IMG/VR virus record: IMGVR_UViG_3300029922_000014
Coordinates: 86,437 to 150,436 of that record
DNA from: a virus
Direction: 5' to 3' (one strand)
DNA: 64,000 bases
Shown here: piece by piece, positions 1 to 11,390 of the stretch
Layout: each line of letters begins with the position of its first letter
Numbering within the stretch: position 1 is the first letter of the stretch
Made by a program: the position numbers and the translations under genes
The notes under the pieces: model-generated
The model's input: only the letters and a program-made list of their open reading frames with translations
The model's database searches: none
What the model was told of the DNA's origin: nothing

Positions 1-153
1 GTACGCGTCGCGGTGGTCAGTTCCGCGAACTCGGTCACCAGCCCGGTGAAGGCGTGGTTGAGGCGCGCGAGCAGGGGATCGACGATCCTGCCGCTGTGGG
101 GCGCTTCGGTGCGGATGGCGAGCGGGACGTATGACTTCCAGTCCATGTGATTC

Positions 154-546
154 CTAACGGGAGCGGGTTGGTCTGAGGGCAGAGAGGAGGATGCGCGTCG
201 CTTCATCGCGGTTGCGGTCACGGCTGCGGTGCTTCTCACAGGCGCCAGTGCGCCCGGTCACGGGATCTTTCACCTTACAGGCGGTCGCGTTCACGTTCAC
301 GCCTTCACCGAGGCGTCGGTAGTAGGTCACTTCAAACGGCGGAGGCTGGCCACCGTACTTGTCGATGTGCACACGCTGGTTGCCCCAACGCTTGATGGCA
401 CCCGCTTCCGTAGTGGCAATTGGGCCTGATGCACCACAGCGCCGGGAGGTGCAATCCACCCACCACACGTTGTCCCGACTGGACTGTATCTCAGTCTTTT
501 TGCTGCTGCAAAACGGGCAGCGGGCGAGCTTCTTCGTTTTCTTCAC
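154..546 (-). CDS. Lar-like zinc-finger protein fused to a degenerate release-factor (RF-1/ArfB-like) domain
   Basis: N-term CPFC...WVDC..CGASGP..TEAGAIKRW resembles Lar-family fingers. C-term ATACKVKDPVTGRTGACEKHRSRDRNRDEATRILL resembles RF-1 ([25 protein letters not shown]). GTG start overlaps the upstream stop. Confidence 0.5.
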   Translation of the reverse strand: MKKTKKLARCPFCSSKKTEIQSSRDNVWWVDCTSRRCGASGPIATTEAGAIKRWGNQRVHIDKYGGQPPPFEVTYYRRLGEGVNVNATACKVKDPVTGRTGACEKHRSRDRNRDEATRILLSALRPTRSR

Positions 547-3500
547 GGGCTGACACCAACGGAAACCTGCGCTTCGTACTGCTGCGCTGCCCACGTCTGC
601 ACGTAGTCCGCTTCTTCGTCCACGCCATCACAGACACGACGAAACTTCAGCAGGTGCAGGTGATGATTGCGCAGGTGAAATGCAACGATTTCAACAACCT
701 GCCGATCCGTCAACGGAGGATTCCAGCTTCGCGGATAGATCGGAAAGAAGTCCAGGAGTGCAAGCTTCGCGGTCACAAAAATCACCGGGTCGACACCAAG
801 CAATACACCCACGACGCTGTGGACCATCTTACCGTAGTTCCGGTCAGGTGCATCGCAGGCGCGACGATATTCCATTACGGCGGCGTCGATGTTCAGACTG
901 TTTGCTGCTGCGACACGGCACGCTTCCAGGTGTGCGCGCAATTCGTCAGCATGGCGCTGCTGCAAAGCAATGAGCGCTTCAAGAGCATTCTTCATGGTCA
1001 GGGTCCTTCGTAGGGGTGGCCAAGGTCTTCGCAACATTCACGCGCCGACTTGGCTTCGTCATCGCGTTCTTTCTCCACGCGCTCATCGCGGATCCGTTCC
1101 GCTTCCTTATCGCCTTCAGCCGCGAGGCATCGGAGTTCAGCAATCTCGGCCGGCGTGAACGACACCGCGGTATTGTCCAAGTCGTGATCGGTGAAGTTCG
1201 ATCCTTCACTCTCAAAGACGTGGCGTATGTACCGGCGCAGAAGACCGCGATAATCGTCGATCGCTTCCGTAGTCGTTCCGCGGATGGCCAAACCGGGTTG
1301 ATCTGCGCTCTGACTGACGACGTCGACAGATTCCAAGTTTACCCGTTCGATCAGCGTGCCGGGAAGATTGCCCGCCGAAAACAGGTTCCATCCTTTCATG
1401 CCGTAAACGTAGATGTCTCCGCCTTCGCGCCGGCTGTCGCCCAGCTTCGGGCCGCTGACGTACACAGGATCGTCGAGGGTCCATCCTTCGCTCCAATCGC
1501 GGTGACCGCGACAGGACGGACTCTTTTGCGCATGCTCGGAACGGCATTCACCCAGAAGCATGGCGCCGGTCTGTCCATCCATCTCCGGATGCGGATGGGT
1601 GATGGTGTCGAACACGGTGCAACAAACGGGACAGCGGGCGGTGGTCTGATAGGTCATTTTATTTTTTCGTCTTTGATGTCCTGCTGAACTTCGCCATCAT
1701 CGCTTCGCGCTCTTCGCGTCGCGCTTTCACGTTTGGGTGCTCACCAGCGGGAATCGTCGCGACTGGAACCGGAACCCAAAGCGGCTCTGATCCGTCGGAG
1801 GTCGCCTCGGCCATTTGTAGTTCGTCCGTGCTCTTGACGGAATAAAAACCGTGATCGCCGCCAGGACCGATGACGGTGTGGTCGTTGAACCGCGCGCTGA
1901 CGCGTTCCCAGGTCTGTTTGCGCAGAATGCGGAGCATGAGGGTCATGGCATACCGTGATCAGTTTGCGTGTGCTTTTTGAGTTCTTCCACGGTGGCGCAA
2001 CCCCAACCGCACCCTGAACAAATATAGGGATACGGCAGAGTGAAGGAACATTTGATGAACTCGAAGAAATGCCTGCCGTCAGCATCGAACTTGAGCACAG
2101 CACAATCGGGAATGTCGGCCGGTAGTACGGCGCCACATTCCGTGCGCAGTTGTCCTGCCGTCATGCCTCCCATTGTGCTTGGGAGTGTGTGCAGCGTAAT
2201 CGTCGCGGTCATGGACTTCGCGGTCATGGACTTCGCGGTCATGGACTTCGCGTCTGCTTTGTTTCCAGCAGATTCATTTACCGTCACGTGAAAGTCTTCA
2301 AGTCTGTTCATGGCGTTATGCGCTTATTCTCGCGCTATGCCATAAAGTCAATCCCCCAACAATTGACACGATGTCAATCGGCGTCGGTGCCCAGGAGAGA
2401 ACGAACTTGGGCGTACCCTTCCGCATGCTGTTGCTGACCCTTGATCACCGCAGAACGAAACAGCGGATCATATTCGATGTCGAACCAGTAGTGCTGCGAC
2501 TCGCGAACTATTGAAGAAAGGACCGCAGCGTCTTTCTGAAGTTCGATGACGGCCTGAAGGCGACGCGTAGTCATGATTGTACGGCGATTCGCAACGACAG
2601 GCAGACCCAAAGAAGCGGTTGATGGCGCAGTACTAACTCACAGAGCCTGCTGCATTTGCCCAGCGCCCGCAAGAGTGCCGTCGACAGCCGGTGCGTTGCC
2701 GCATTCAGCCCCGGCACCAGCGCCCTCAACCGAAATATTTGTGCGTCGTAGAAGCTCATCGGTCAGACGTCGCGACGGACGTAAACGGCGGACGGTTCGG
2801 TCAACCCGTCAGCAACCACACCGACGAATTGTAGTGGTCGCCCAGGCTCATCTTCCGGAACAACGCCACCGTCGATGCAGCGATAGATCCCAAACGTCAA
2901 ACTGGAAACGCTGGCATTCCGCGAATGCGCAGTCATCAGCACAACACTGCGGCGGTCGCAGTGCACAACGCCGAGAAACGTTATGTCACTCGGAAAGGTG
3001 TGCTCGACGTAATCGCCATAACCGACGTTGACGTTGATGGTGTCGATGCGCCGCAGCAGGTTTGTAGTCATGGCGCATCGTCCAACGGCAAACCCAACGC
3101 ATGCCGCTCAGCCCGGTTGAGTTTGGCCAGCCCGGACTTCTTGAGTTCAGCGGTGCGCTGCTTGTTGTCGACATCGACCGAAACCGGCTCCTGCTGCGCC
3201 ACGATGTACCATTCGGTGCGGGAATCTCCGCCCTCACGCGAAAGCGGATATTCGACCGGCACAGCATACACATTTTCGATGATGCCGTTCTGGTCCTGCT
3301 GCCCTGCAAAACCAGATTCGGCTTGTCCGGACGCTTCAATCTGCGCGCGGTGAATCGTCGAGTAGTAGCCGATCAACTTGCCGCAAACGCTGTTGCCGTC
3401 GGTGTCATGGCTGCGGTAGGAAACGCGATGGATCAAACGAACATAGCTCATGGGTCAGCCTTTCAGCAGGTCTTTGACGGTGGGGTCTTTCAGCTTTGCC

Positions 3501-4857
3501 AGAATGCGCGCAGCTTTCTTGTCGATCGTCGCTTTGGTCTTCTTGAGGTGTGCACTACATCCACCGGCGTCGCACGGATCGTGCTTGGTCAGATAGGCAG
3601 TGGCGGCGGCGTCCTGTGCGGCGAAGTGGGCGCGGTGTTCACGCATGTCCGGCATCGCCAATCGCTCCGCCACTTCGGCAGCAGACACTTCGATGAACAT
3701 GTCGGTGTAGTCGCGTGTCAGTCCGCGGATGGCCGGCGTGTCGTGGCCCAGCACCTTGTCCCAGACCTTGCCGCGGTTGTTCCATTCTCGCAGCGTCATG
3801 CCTTGCGGCAGGTCGGTGTTGTCCCAGTACGACCACTCCCTGACCAGCGGTGAACTGGTGAAGCTCGCGGACAGGTCCTTGTGCTCGCAGAAGACGAGCG
3901 CCGGTGTGTAGTCGTACGGCCCGGGAAAGATGGTGATGGCCAGTTCAAAGTCGAACGCGGGATTCCTGAGCCCGGTCCGCTTGATGTCGCGCGCCTGATC
4001 CTCAAGGAGGTTGCGCGCGCTTTGCAGAACGTTGGGCTTCTTCTCATGCAGAAGCGGAACGATGCACGCGGCCAGGGTGTCGATGCGCCGTTTCTTGGCA
4101 GCAATCGCATAGGCTTTCTGGACGTTGTCGAGCAGGTCGACGATGGCGCGGATGTTGCCGGTGTCGATCCGGTAACCGTTGTAAATCTTGGCGCTCATAG
4201 GTCCTTCTTCAGTTTCTCCGCTTCAGCGCGGGCAGCTTTCCACACCATTCGCAGCATGAGGCTGGCGGCAGTGAGCGATGAAAGCGTAGTGATGATGTCA
4301 GCGATGAGCGTCGCCCAGAGAACGAGGTTTGGGTCGAGGTGTGGCATGTTATTTCTTTTCAGCGCACAGCTTCTTGGCAATCCAAGGAGCGCACATGCGC
4401 AGAGCGCCGATTTCCCAGGACAATCAATAGCGCCGGCCATTCAACAGCGAGGAAGTGCATTACCGGAGTCCGCTCAGGATGCGCACGCGCCATTGGCGTT
4501 GGTGCTGGGTGACGATGGTACAGGCGATCCAATGCTTCCGTAGTACGGTTGCGGATGTTTGGTGTTCACCCGGGTGAAGCAACCACGCCGGAGGCAGAGG
4601 AAAGCGGATCATGCGACGGCAGGAGGTGCAGGGTGAGGGATCCAAACAGAACCAGGACCGGGCTGCTTGGTCTCCCATATAGGTGGACCGTTAGGAATGC
4701 CCCACCCAGGGGAAAGCCCTAACGTCCCGTGGAAATAATACCGGAACTGCCACCAGCCGACAGCCGGATCCCACACCATGGCCATGTCTTCTGCCCGTGG
4801 TGTTTCTTCGGCGCAGGAACGCAGTTGCGCACGGAGTTTGTAGTCGGGCAGGCTCAT
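543..4857 (-). other. Cluster of tightly packed small hypothetical phage genes (e.g. 543-995, 998-1657, 1659-1946, 1943-2311, 2374-2574, 2763-3071, 3068-3451, 3455-4198, 4609-4857)
   Basis: Head-to-tail minus-strand ORFs with overlapping start/stop codons and no recognisable families. Confidence 0.65.
2204..2252. repeat. 15-bp in-frame tandem repeat x3 (encodes AKSMT)
   Basis: cgcggtcatggactt repeated three times inside ORF 1943-2311. Confidence 0.9.
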
Positions 4858-5228
4858 GACCGCGTGACCTTATACGGACGATTGACGGTGGATTTGGAGG
4901 TGCGTTGAAACAGGCGTTCAAACAAACCATCGCCTCCTTCAGGGATGGCCACCCCCAGGACATACACCTCGCGAATGATCAGCAGGTCCTGACCTTCCGC
5001 TTTGACGTCGTTGCCCTCGTATTGCTTGAAGTAGACGTAGTCGCCCACCTGCACTTCGACGGGGATGCGGACGCCGCGCTTGTTGCGCAGGCCGGGACCG
5101 ACGGCGATCACGGTGCCTTCGAGGGTGAGCGCATGGAGGTTATCCGGCGCCAGGATGCGGCCGATGGTGATGACGTCGCGGGGCTTGGCGCGGCGGATGG
5201 CGAGGTTGTCGTCGATGAGAGTCAGCAT
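4854..5228 (-). CDS. groES: Co-chaperonin GroES/Cpn10
   Basis: EGTVIAVGPG...IPVEVQVGDYVYFKQYEGNDVK.EGQDLLIIRE..VLGV; AAGGA RBS before ATG 5228. Confidence 0.9.
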   Translation of the reverse strand: MLTLIDDNLAIRRAKPRDVITIGRILAPDNLHALTLEGTVIAVGPGLRNKRGVRIPVEVQVGDYVYFKQYEGNDVKAEGQDLLIIREVYVLGVAIPEGGDGLFERLFQRTSKSTVNRPYKVTRS

Positions 5229-5374
5229 GGGAGTCCTTCGTTGAGGCTGAGGCAGGTTGAACGATGGGATCACCCGCGGGATGGGCGGCAGCGGATCACC
5301 AGATCGGTGAAATAAAACGTCACGGCTCAGAAGAGTAGCCATGAATTACTTTCTGCGCTTCGTGAAGGCAGAGG

Positions 5375-5845
5375 TCAGCATGGAAGTCCTTCACAGGGAA
5401 TGTTGTGTTCTTTCATCAGTGCGCAGATCAATTCAAAGGCAGCACGGTCGCAGCAACCTGGACGGATGATGTCCCGATAGCGACTGGAACGCTCGAAGTG
5501 TCCGATCTCGGTAGTGGTATAGAACGAACCGCCACACGGCCACCAGCGCACAGGAGATGTCGATGGCAGCATGGATGAGTTGTACGCATCCCACGGAACT
5601 TCGTTCTCGTCTTGGAATGACAAGTCATCATCGTTTGCGCTGCGTGCCCAGGTGAACAATTGATCCGGAAAGGTGCTGGCGTGGTGCGGTAGTGCGGCAA
5701 TGCACTCGTCGAAGTCCGGGCGATCATTCAGAATCGCAGCGGTGCAGGCGTCCATGAATGAATCACGGAAGTGCTCACCGCGATGTTTGCCGCAGTCGAA
5801 GTATTGTTTCCGCTTCGCGTCGATGATGTAGTAGAAGACGCCCAT
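5375..5845 (-). CDS. Hypothetical protein flanked by 18-bp direct repeats
   Basis: 156-aa ORF between two copies of ttactttctgcgcttcgt (5346-5363, 5849-5866). Confidence 0.65.
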   Translation of the reverse strand: MGVFYYIIDAKRKQYFDCGKHRGEHFRDSFMDACTAAILNDRPDFDECIAALPHHASTFPDQLFTWARSANDDDLSFQDENEVPWDAYNSSMLPSTSPVRWWPCGGSFYTTTEIGHFERSSRYRDIIRPGCCDRAAFELICALMKEHNIPCEGLPC

Positions 5846-5848
5846 GGG

Positions 5849-6334
5849 TTACTTTCTGCGCTTCGTAAAAGTGGAATTGTTCCAATTGTCGGTGTACAGG
5901 AGCAGGCCGCCATTGCGACCGCAGCGACTCCGCATGCGGTCTTCTGCGCTGCACAGGTCATGCAAAAAGGTCCTGCGCTGTGGGCTTTCGCTGTCTAACC
6001 ACAGCGCAATCACATTCCGGCCGAGCAACACGCGTTCGTCGATGTCAGTCAGAAAGGTGACTTCCAGACCATAGCAGGACGCTTCAAACCGATGCGTTAC
6101 GCCGCGATGCGCATGGATTCCGTAGGCGGTCAGCGCTGTGATCATCGCCTCCACATATCGGGCAGGGACGACCACGCATGCATGCTGTCCGGATATCATG
6201 GTGGCGGCGGTGTGCTTGATGGACTTCATCAAGAGCGGAATCGCCACCGCGATTTTATCTGCGGGCAGGTTGACGAAGGGAAGATCGAAGTTGTAGCCGT
6301 CGACGATCCGCTGATCTTCGGATGAAAGCGTCAT
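5849..6334 (-). CDS. Hypothetical protein
   Basis: ORF collinear with neighbours. Confidence 0.6.
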   Translation of the reverse strand: MTLSSEDQRIVDGYNFDLPFVNLPADKIAVAIPLLMKSIKHTAATMISGQHACVVVPARYVEAMITALTAYGIHAHRGVTHRFEASCYGLEVTFLTDIDERVLLGRNVIALWLDSESPQRRTFLHDLCSAEDRMRSRCGRNGGLLLYTDNWNNSTFTKRRK

Positions 6335-6336
6335 GG

Positions 6337-6915
6337 CTAAAGCTCCCACGCGTCATACATGCGCTCTGCCTCGAACCAGTCCGCCTCAGCAAACCCGTCG
6401 ACGCGTCCACGCTTCTCGTACAGGCCATAGGCGATCACTGCGATTTGTGCGTGTCGGTAGCGCGCGTACTGGTGATGAGCACCGCGCCGCGTCGCCTCTT
6501 CGGCTACGTAGTCGACGGCGCGCTTCTCCATCGCTGCAAGAATGCCCTGACGCTCTTCGGCGCTCAGGGCAGGTGCCGGGGCTTCCATTTCATCCAGCCC
6601 CGTAGTGGCCTCTTCCTCGTCTTCGTCGCGCGCAAGGATCTCCGGCACCTTGGCGAACTCCGCCAGCAGGATGGCCATCACTTCGTCGACGCTCATCCAC
6701 CCATGCGACGGGTCGTGCCCATCAGCGTGATGGACCATCTGCTTCTTCGGCCAGACAGGGTCGTCTCCCGGACGCACGACCTGCAACGACCAGTCCCCAT
6801 GCCGCGCACGGAAATAGAACGGGAAGCCGTGCATGGTGCCACTGGCTTGCGCGGGACAGGCGCCGCCAATGTCGGTGATGACAAGGCCGGCGGGGAGAGT
6901 TTCGAGACTGATCAT
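6337..6915 (-). CDS. Protein with C-terminal DUF2934-like domain
   Basis: RHAQIAVIAYGLYEKRGRVDGFAEADWFEAE matches the I..RAY..YE.RG...G....DW..AE pattern. Confidence 0.65.
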   Translation of the reverse strand: MISLETLPAGLVITDIGGACPAQASGTMHGFPFYFRARHGDWSLQVVRPGDDPVWPKKQMVHHADGHDPSHGWMSVDEVMAILLAEFAKVPEILARDEDEEEATTGLDEMEAPAPALSAEERQGILAAMEKRAVDYVAEEATRRGAHHQYARYRHAQIAVIAYGLYEKRGRVDGFAEADWFEAERMYDAWEL

Positions 6916-7222
6916 CGTAGTGCCTTCTTGAGTTTGTTGCGGGTCTTGCGGTACGCCTTCTTGTCGATCGGCTGCTTGCCGGTGCCCTTTCGGTAAAAGC
7001 CGGATCGGCGCAGGTCATCTTCCTTCGCCGCCTGCACGTTCATGTCCACACCGTTCATCCAGGTGATGAAGTGGGCGTTGGTGGTTTGGCGAAAGTGGCC
7101 GCCCTTGGCATGCAAAGCCTCCGCCTCATCCGCGAATGCCATCGGCACGGGGTAACCGTAGTAGGACGGAACGGGATCGACGGTCTCTTGCATGACACTT
7201 CCTCGGATTGACACGATGTCAG

Positions 7223-7531
7223 TTAGCGATTCTCGACTTGCTCAGGCAGCGCTTCGATCTCGGCGGGAAAGAAGCGGATCTCCTGGAACCGCGGCGTGGC
7301 TTGCGGTCCGTTGTCGATGCGACAGATAAACACGTAACCGGAATCGGCCAGTTCCGACTTCATGATCGTCGCTTGCGCGTGGCTGGACTTGATGACTACG
7401 ACCTGCCCGACGGTAAATACGTGGCGGTTCCGTATCAGCACGATGGCCGGAATAATCATTCCGGCGATGATTGCGAGGATGCTGATGACGATCAGCAGTT
7501 CGATGATGGTGAAACCTTTGATCGTTTTCAC
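7223..7531 (-). CDS. Prepilin-type N-terminal cleavage/methylation domain protein
   Basis: MKTIKG|FTIIELLIVISILAIIAGMIIP class III signal peptide (G|F...E5 plus hydrophobic helix). Confidence 0.85.
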   Translation of the reverse strand: MKTIKGFTIIELLIVISILAIIAGMIIPAIVLIRNRHVFTVGQVVVIKSSHAQATIMKSELADSGYVFICRIDNGPQATPRFQEIRFFPAEIEALPEQVENR

Positions 7532-8722
7532 GGGTGCAGCCCTTGGGTGTTGAGCGCTTTGATGCGCGCTTCTTTTTCAAAGCGCTGCTTCGTTTCGATG
7601 TCGCGATAGTTCCAGCGCGGCGCGATGGTGCCATCCGGCCGCAGCCGAAACTCATCCACTGACCACCACGTCAGCGAACCGACGACGGCCCAGCGTTCGT
7701 GTGCCCAGCGCATGCTGTCACCGACGAGGTCAACATAGGTGATGATGAAGCCGCGGTGGCGCGGGAGCGGAACGTAGTTGGGCGAGAGGAAGATGGATGC
7801 TGGCGGATCGGGACGGCGGTCTTTGATCAGCAGACCTTCAGCGATCCAGCGCCAGCCCAGTTCGGTCAGGTGCTTCGGCGCTTGGCCCTCCCAGCGTAGT
7901 CCTTCCGGGCTGTTCCACAGCCAGTCCCAGGCTTCGCGGTCATCCGTGGCAACCGCGTCGATGAGCATGGCGCCCATGTCCTGCGCGCTGTGCCGGTAAC
8001 GGTCGCAACTGAACTCGAACACTTCGCCTCGGTCGAGGTCTGCGAGACTGCGAGCGTCGGTCATTGGAGCTTCCCGTCGACGACATGCGCGCAGACGTGC
8101 GTCTCGTACGAGGGGATGTATGCCGGGCAGGTTGGGCAACGAACCACCGGGGTGATGCGGATGGCGCCGGTGAACCCAAGAGGAGGGTTGTCGATGAGGG
8201 CATGAGCCTCCTTATGGCTTACCGCCATGTCCCACAACCCTTGGCCTTTAATCCAAGCCACTTCGGTGGTGTTGCGAACAAGCCCCTCAACGCGGTACAT
8301 CTCTTCGCGCTTGGGCTCCGTAGTGGCTTCCATACGTGCCACCGCAGCCAGCCCTGCGTCCAGTTCTGGCTGGGTCGGGCGGCCGAGCGTGTGCAGGACC
8401 TTGCGGATGATGTCGGCGTCGGTCATGACGCAAACTCCCCGCGCCACGCTTCGTCGCGGTCAGTGTATGGATCCGGTTCAACGCTGATGATGCGGCAGCC
8501 ACAGAAGCGCATGGGCTTTCCATCCACAATCGCTTCGTAGTCGAACTTGTCAGCGTCAGGAGCAGCTGCCAGTACGGCAGCAAGCTGTCGGCGCCATTGT
8601 TCTAACAACGCAGACACGCTGGTATCAATGTGCTGTTCAATCATATCATTTCTCGCGTAGTGCACGATATGGACCGGAACGAACTGTCAACGACCAGTGA
8701 AAGAACTTCGCCCGCTGCATGT

Positions 8723-8928
8723 TGTTTCCCGCGTCATGCGACGACATGGACAGGATTCCTGCGCGTGGATGTACATAGCGCACTATGCGTTATTTCTCCC
8801 CTGGACAATATTCCTGTTTCCCGCGTCATGCGACGACATGGACAGGATTCCTGCGCGCGTGTTTTCATAGCGCATGACGCGACATTCTGCACCTGGATAT
8901 AATTCCTATTTACCGCGCTATGCGGTAA
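8723..8928. repeat. Intergenic ~92-bp tandem duplication carrying five Box B palindromes
   Basis: tgtttcccgcgtcatgcgacgacatggacaggattcctgcgcg at 8723 and 8815; Box B at 8729, 8778, 8821, 8870, 8913. Confidence 0.85.
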
Positions 8929-10049
8929 TGGCGAGCACGAAGAGGGAAGGCTTAACCGATATCCAGGTGCGTCCGTAGTCGTCACCTGATTGACATCGTG
9001 TCAGTTGCCTGCATGCCCGAGAGTGCCGTCAGCCGCAGGCGGAGCCCAGTGACAGAACCCACAAATCTTGTTTCCGTCATCCAGCTTCGCGGCGACTGGC
9101 CAACCCCCCATCGCTTTGATGGCACTGTTCAGTAGTCCGAGAGCAGACAGGGAGTCGTTGCCGGTTCCGCTGATCAGTTCGGGATCGGAGCCCAGCACGG
9201 TGCCGATGGTAACGCGGTTGCGGACCACGGCACCAAAGCCGTCAGGATCGAGGGGGAGGAGGCGATTGAAGAGGTCGATCACCGGCTGCGAGATGCCCTT
9301 GGCGGTGCGATCGGTGAGGTCTTTGTCTTCGTGCATGGGATGTCCTTCAGGATTGATTCGGCAATAGATTGAGCGACGTGGGCAACGTAGTGTGCGTCCT
9401 GATGCTGGAAGATGTAGTCCGCGAAGTCTTTGAGTTCATCGGATGGGGTCGAAGCCGGAAGCCAGTTCATCACCTGTTCGACGCGGTAGCCTTCGACCGT
9501 GTTCCAGGCGTCGAGGAGCGCTTGGGCCTCTTTGCGGCTGTGGACGTTGTAGGGCTGGTGGGTTTGTTCGACGGCCTTGAGATAGTCGTCGCGGGTGATG
9601 GTCATGGTGTCCTACCTTTGGCGTTCTTGTGCTTGACGCAGTTCCACCATCCAACCGACTTGCAGCGCCGACAGTCGTCAGGCGGAAGGATCTTGCGGCA
9701 GGCGGTGGCGTACTTCTCCGCTTCCTTTTGCGCCTTCGCCCGATCGGGGCGGGGCTTGGCCTTGTGGATGGTGCTTCCTGTCAGTTGCTTGGGCATCTTC
9801 GCATTCCAGACCTTGACCAGGACGGTGTCCCGGCGCTTGGTCAGTCTGCGGATGAGCTTGGTCAGTTGATGGGCCTTCTTGGCTTGCGCCTGCCATGCTT
9901 CGTAGTCGCAGGGGCGCACCCGGGTCATGGCAGAGAGTTGCCGGGCGATGGTCCCACGAATGGTGTGCATGCGGGCATGAATGCCCTTCAGGTCTGCATT
10001 GGCTGAGTCGATCTGCTGCTTCAAGACGGACGGGGTGAGGTTCACGGGG

Positions 10050-10349
10050 TCACGCCTTGCCGTTGCAGGTCTTGCACGGGCGTTGGTGTGGCTCCAGGCG
10101 GTATTGAAATGGGTCAATGCCCGTTCCGATACAGTCCTTGCACACGCCGGCCAGGGCTGGCTTTCCAGTCTCGGCCTCAACAGCCTCTTGATGAGACTTG
10201 AGCACTGGGGTGTTGTCAGCGGTCAGGCGGCGGCCTCGGCCGAGGCAAGCGTCACAGCGGGTCATACTTCCATGCCCGGTGTCGATGTACGCTTTGCCTT
10301 GGCAGGCGGTGCACTTCGCTTTGTAGTCGATGGTGTTGCCGGCCAGCAT
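10050..10349 (-). CDS. DnaJ-type CxxCxGxG zinc-finger protein
   Basis: CTACQGKA, CDACLGRG, CKDCIGTG, CKTCNGKA. Confidence 0.7.
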   Translation of the reverse strand: MLAGNTIDYKAKCTACQGKAYIDTGHGSMTRCDACLGRGRRLTADNTPVLKSHQEAVEAETGKPALAGVCKDCIGTGIDPFQYRLEPHQRPCKTCNGKA

Positions 10350-10750
10350 ATCCCCGGCGATGAGCATGAGCGCCAACAATTGCTGATCAGTCAGGCGGTC
10401 AAAGTGCGGGGCGTCATGGGATTGTTCATGCGTTGGCCTTGAGGAGGTTGTCCATGTCGGCCAGGAAGTTGGCTTCCGTGATGTAGCCGTAGAGTGGTTT
10501 GGCGCCTGGGGTAACGATGGCGGCGCCTTTCATCTCTTCCTGCGTGCCCCAGATAAGATCCCCTCCGAATGTTTCGATCAGGATGATCGGTTCTTTGCCG
10601 CCGGTGATCAGGAGAATGGAATGGGCGTGGGCTCTGATCGACTTGAACAGGATCTCCTGAAGGTCGGGCAGGTCGCTGAGCGAAGCAGAGGCGGCTTCGA
10701 GTTCTTCAAAGGGAGGGAGCGTCACGTCAGGTCATCCAATTGACACGGTG

Positions 10751-11140
10751 TCAGTCCGTGTAGCAGGCATGATGGGCGGTTCCGGGTTGCCGGTCCTCGT
10801 TGTGAGGCTCCACAGAGGCGCTGGAAGGCTGTTGTACGGACTTTCCTGTCTTCTTGGCCACGCGGGGAGGGTCTGACTGTTTCATAGCCTTTGCGGGGCT
10901 TGCAGCAGGTTCTTTGGAATCAGCCGAAACGGCATAAGGGGCGGGCTTGTTGATGGGCATCCAGGCAGTTATTGACCGCGCAAGCTTGCAAACGATACGA
11001 GGACCGCCCACGGTGAGGAAGAGCGGGTGTAAAGCATGGAACGTCGCCCACTCCACACACCCGTTACGCGTGATCCAGCACTCCTGCCCATCGTCAGGCA
11101 GCCGTTCCGCAATCGGGATCCAGAGTTCGGTGGTGCTCAT
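10751..11140 (-). CDS. DUF551-like phage protein
   Basis: WIPIAERLPDDGQECWI ... ITAWMPINKP. Confidence 0.7.
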   Translation of the reverse strand: MSTTELWIPIAERLPDDGQECWITRNGCVEWATFHALHPLFLTVGGPRIVCKLARSITAWMPINKPAPYAVSADSKEPAASPAKAMKQSDPPRVAKKTGKSVQQPSSASVEPHNEDRQPGTAHHACYTD

Positions 11141-11223
11141 GGCTGTGAGGAAGAGCGTACCAGATCGAATGGCGCGTCAACCAGTATTTTCCGCATCATG
11201 CCGGAAGTATGTTCAGAATCCAA

Positions 11224-11390
11224 AGTCGGAATCAGGCACGGCGCTGTTGTCCTAAGTTCACGTATTCACCGTGCAAATAGGTTCCTGCTTCACAGACGGT
11301 AGTTTCGTCCCGGTCTTACGACCAGGGCCAGAGCTTCCATCTCCACAGGCGTTTATTCCCGCGCAACTCGCGGTATGGATATTTTTTGCG
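11224..11390 (-). ncRNA. Putative TnpB omega-RNA scaffold plus 3' guide
   Basis: Overlaps the tnpB 3' end (aacgcctgtggaga...gtgaagcaggaa...ggacaacag), the usual location. Boundaries are inferred. Confidence 0.55.

Noticed and set aside
8723-8928. Mini-CRISPR array
   Set aside because: The intervening segments are themselves similar, so this is a tandem duplication without unique spacers.
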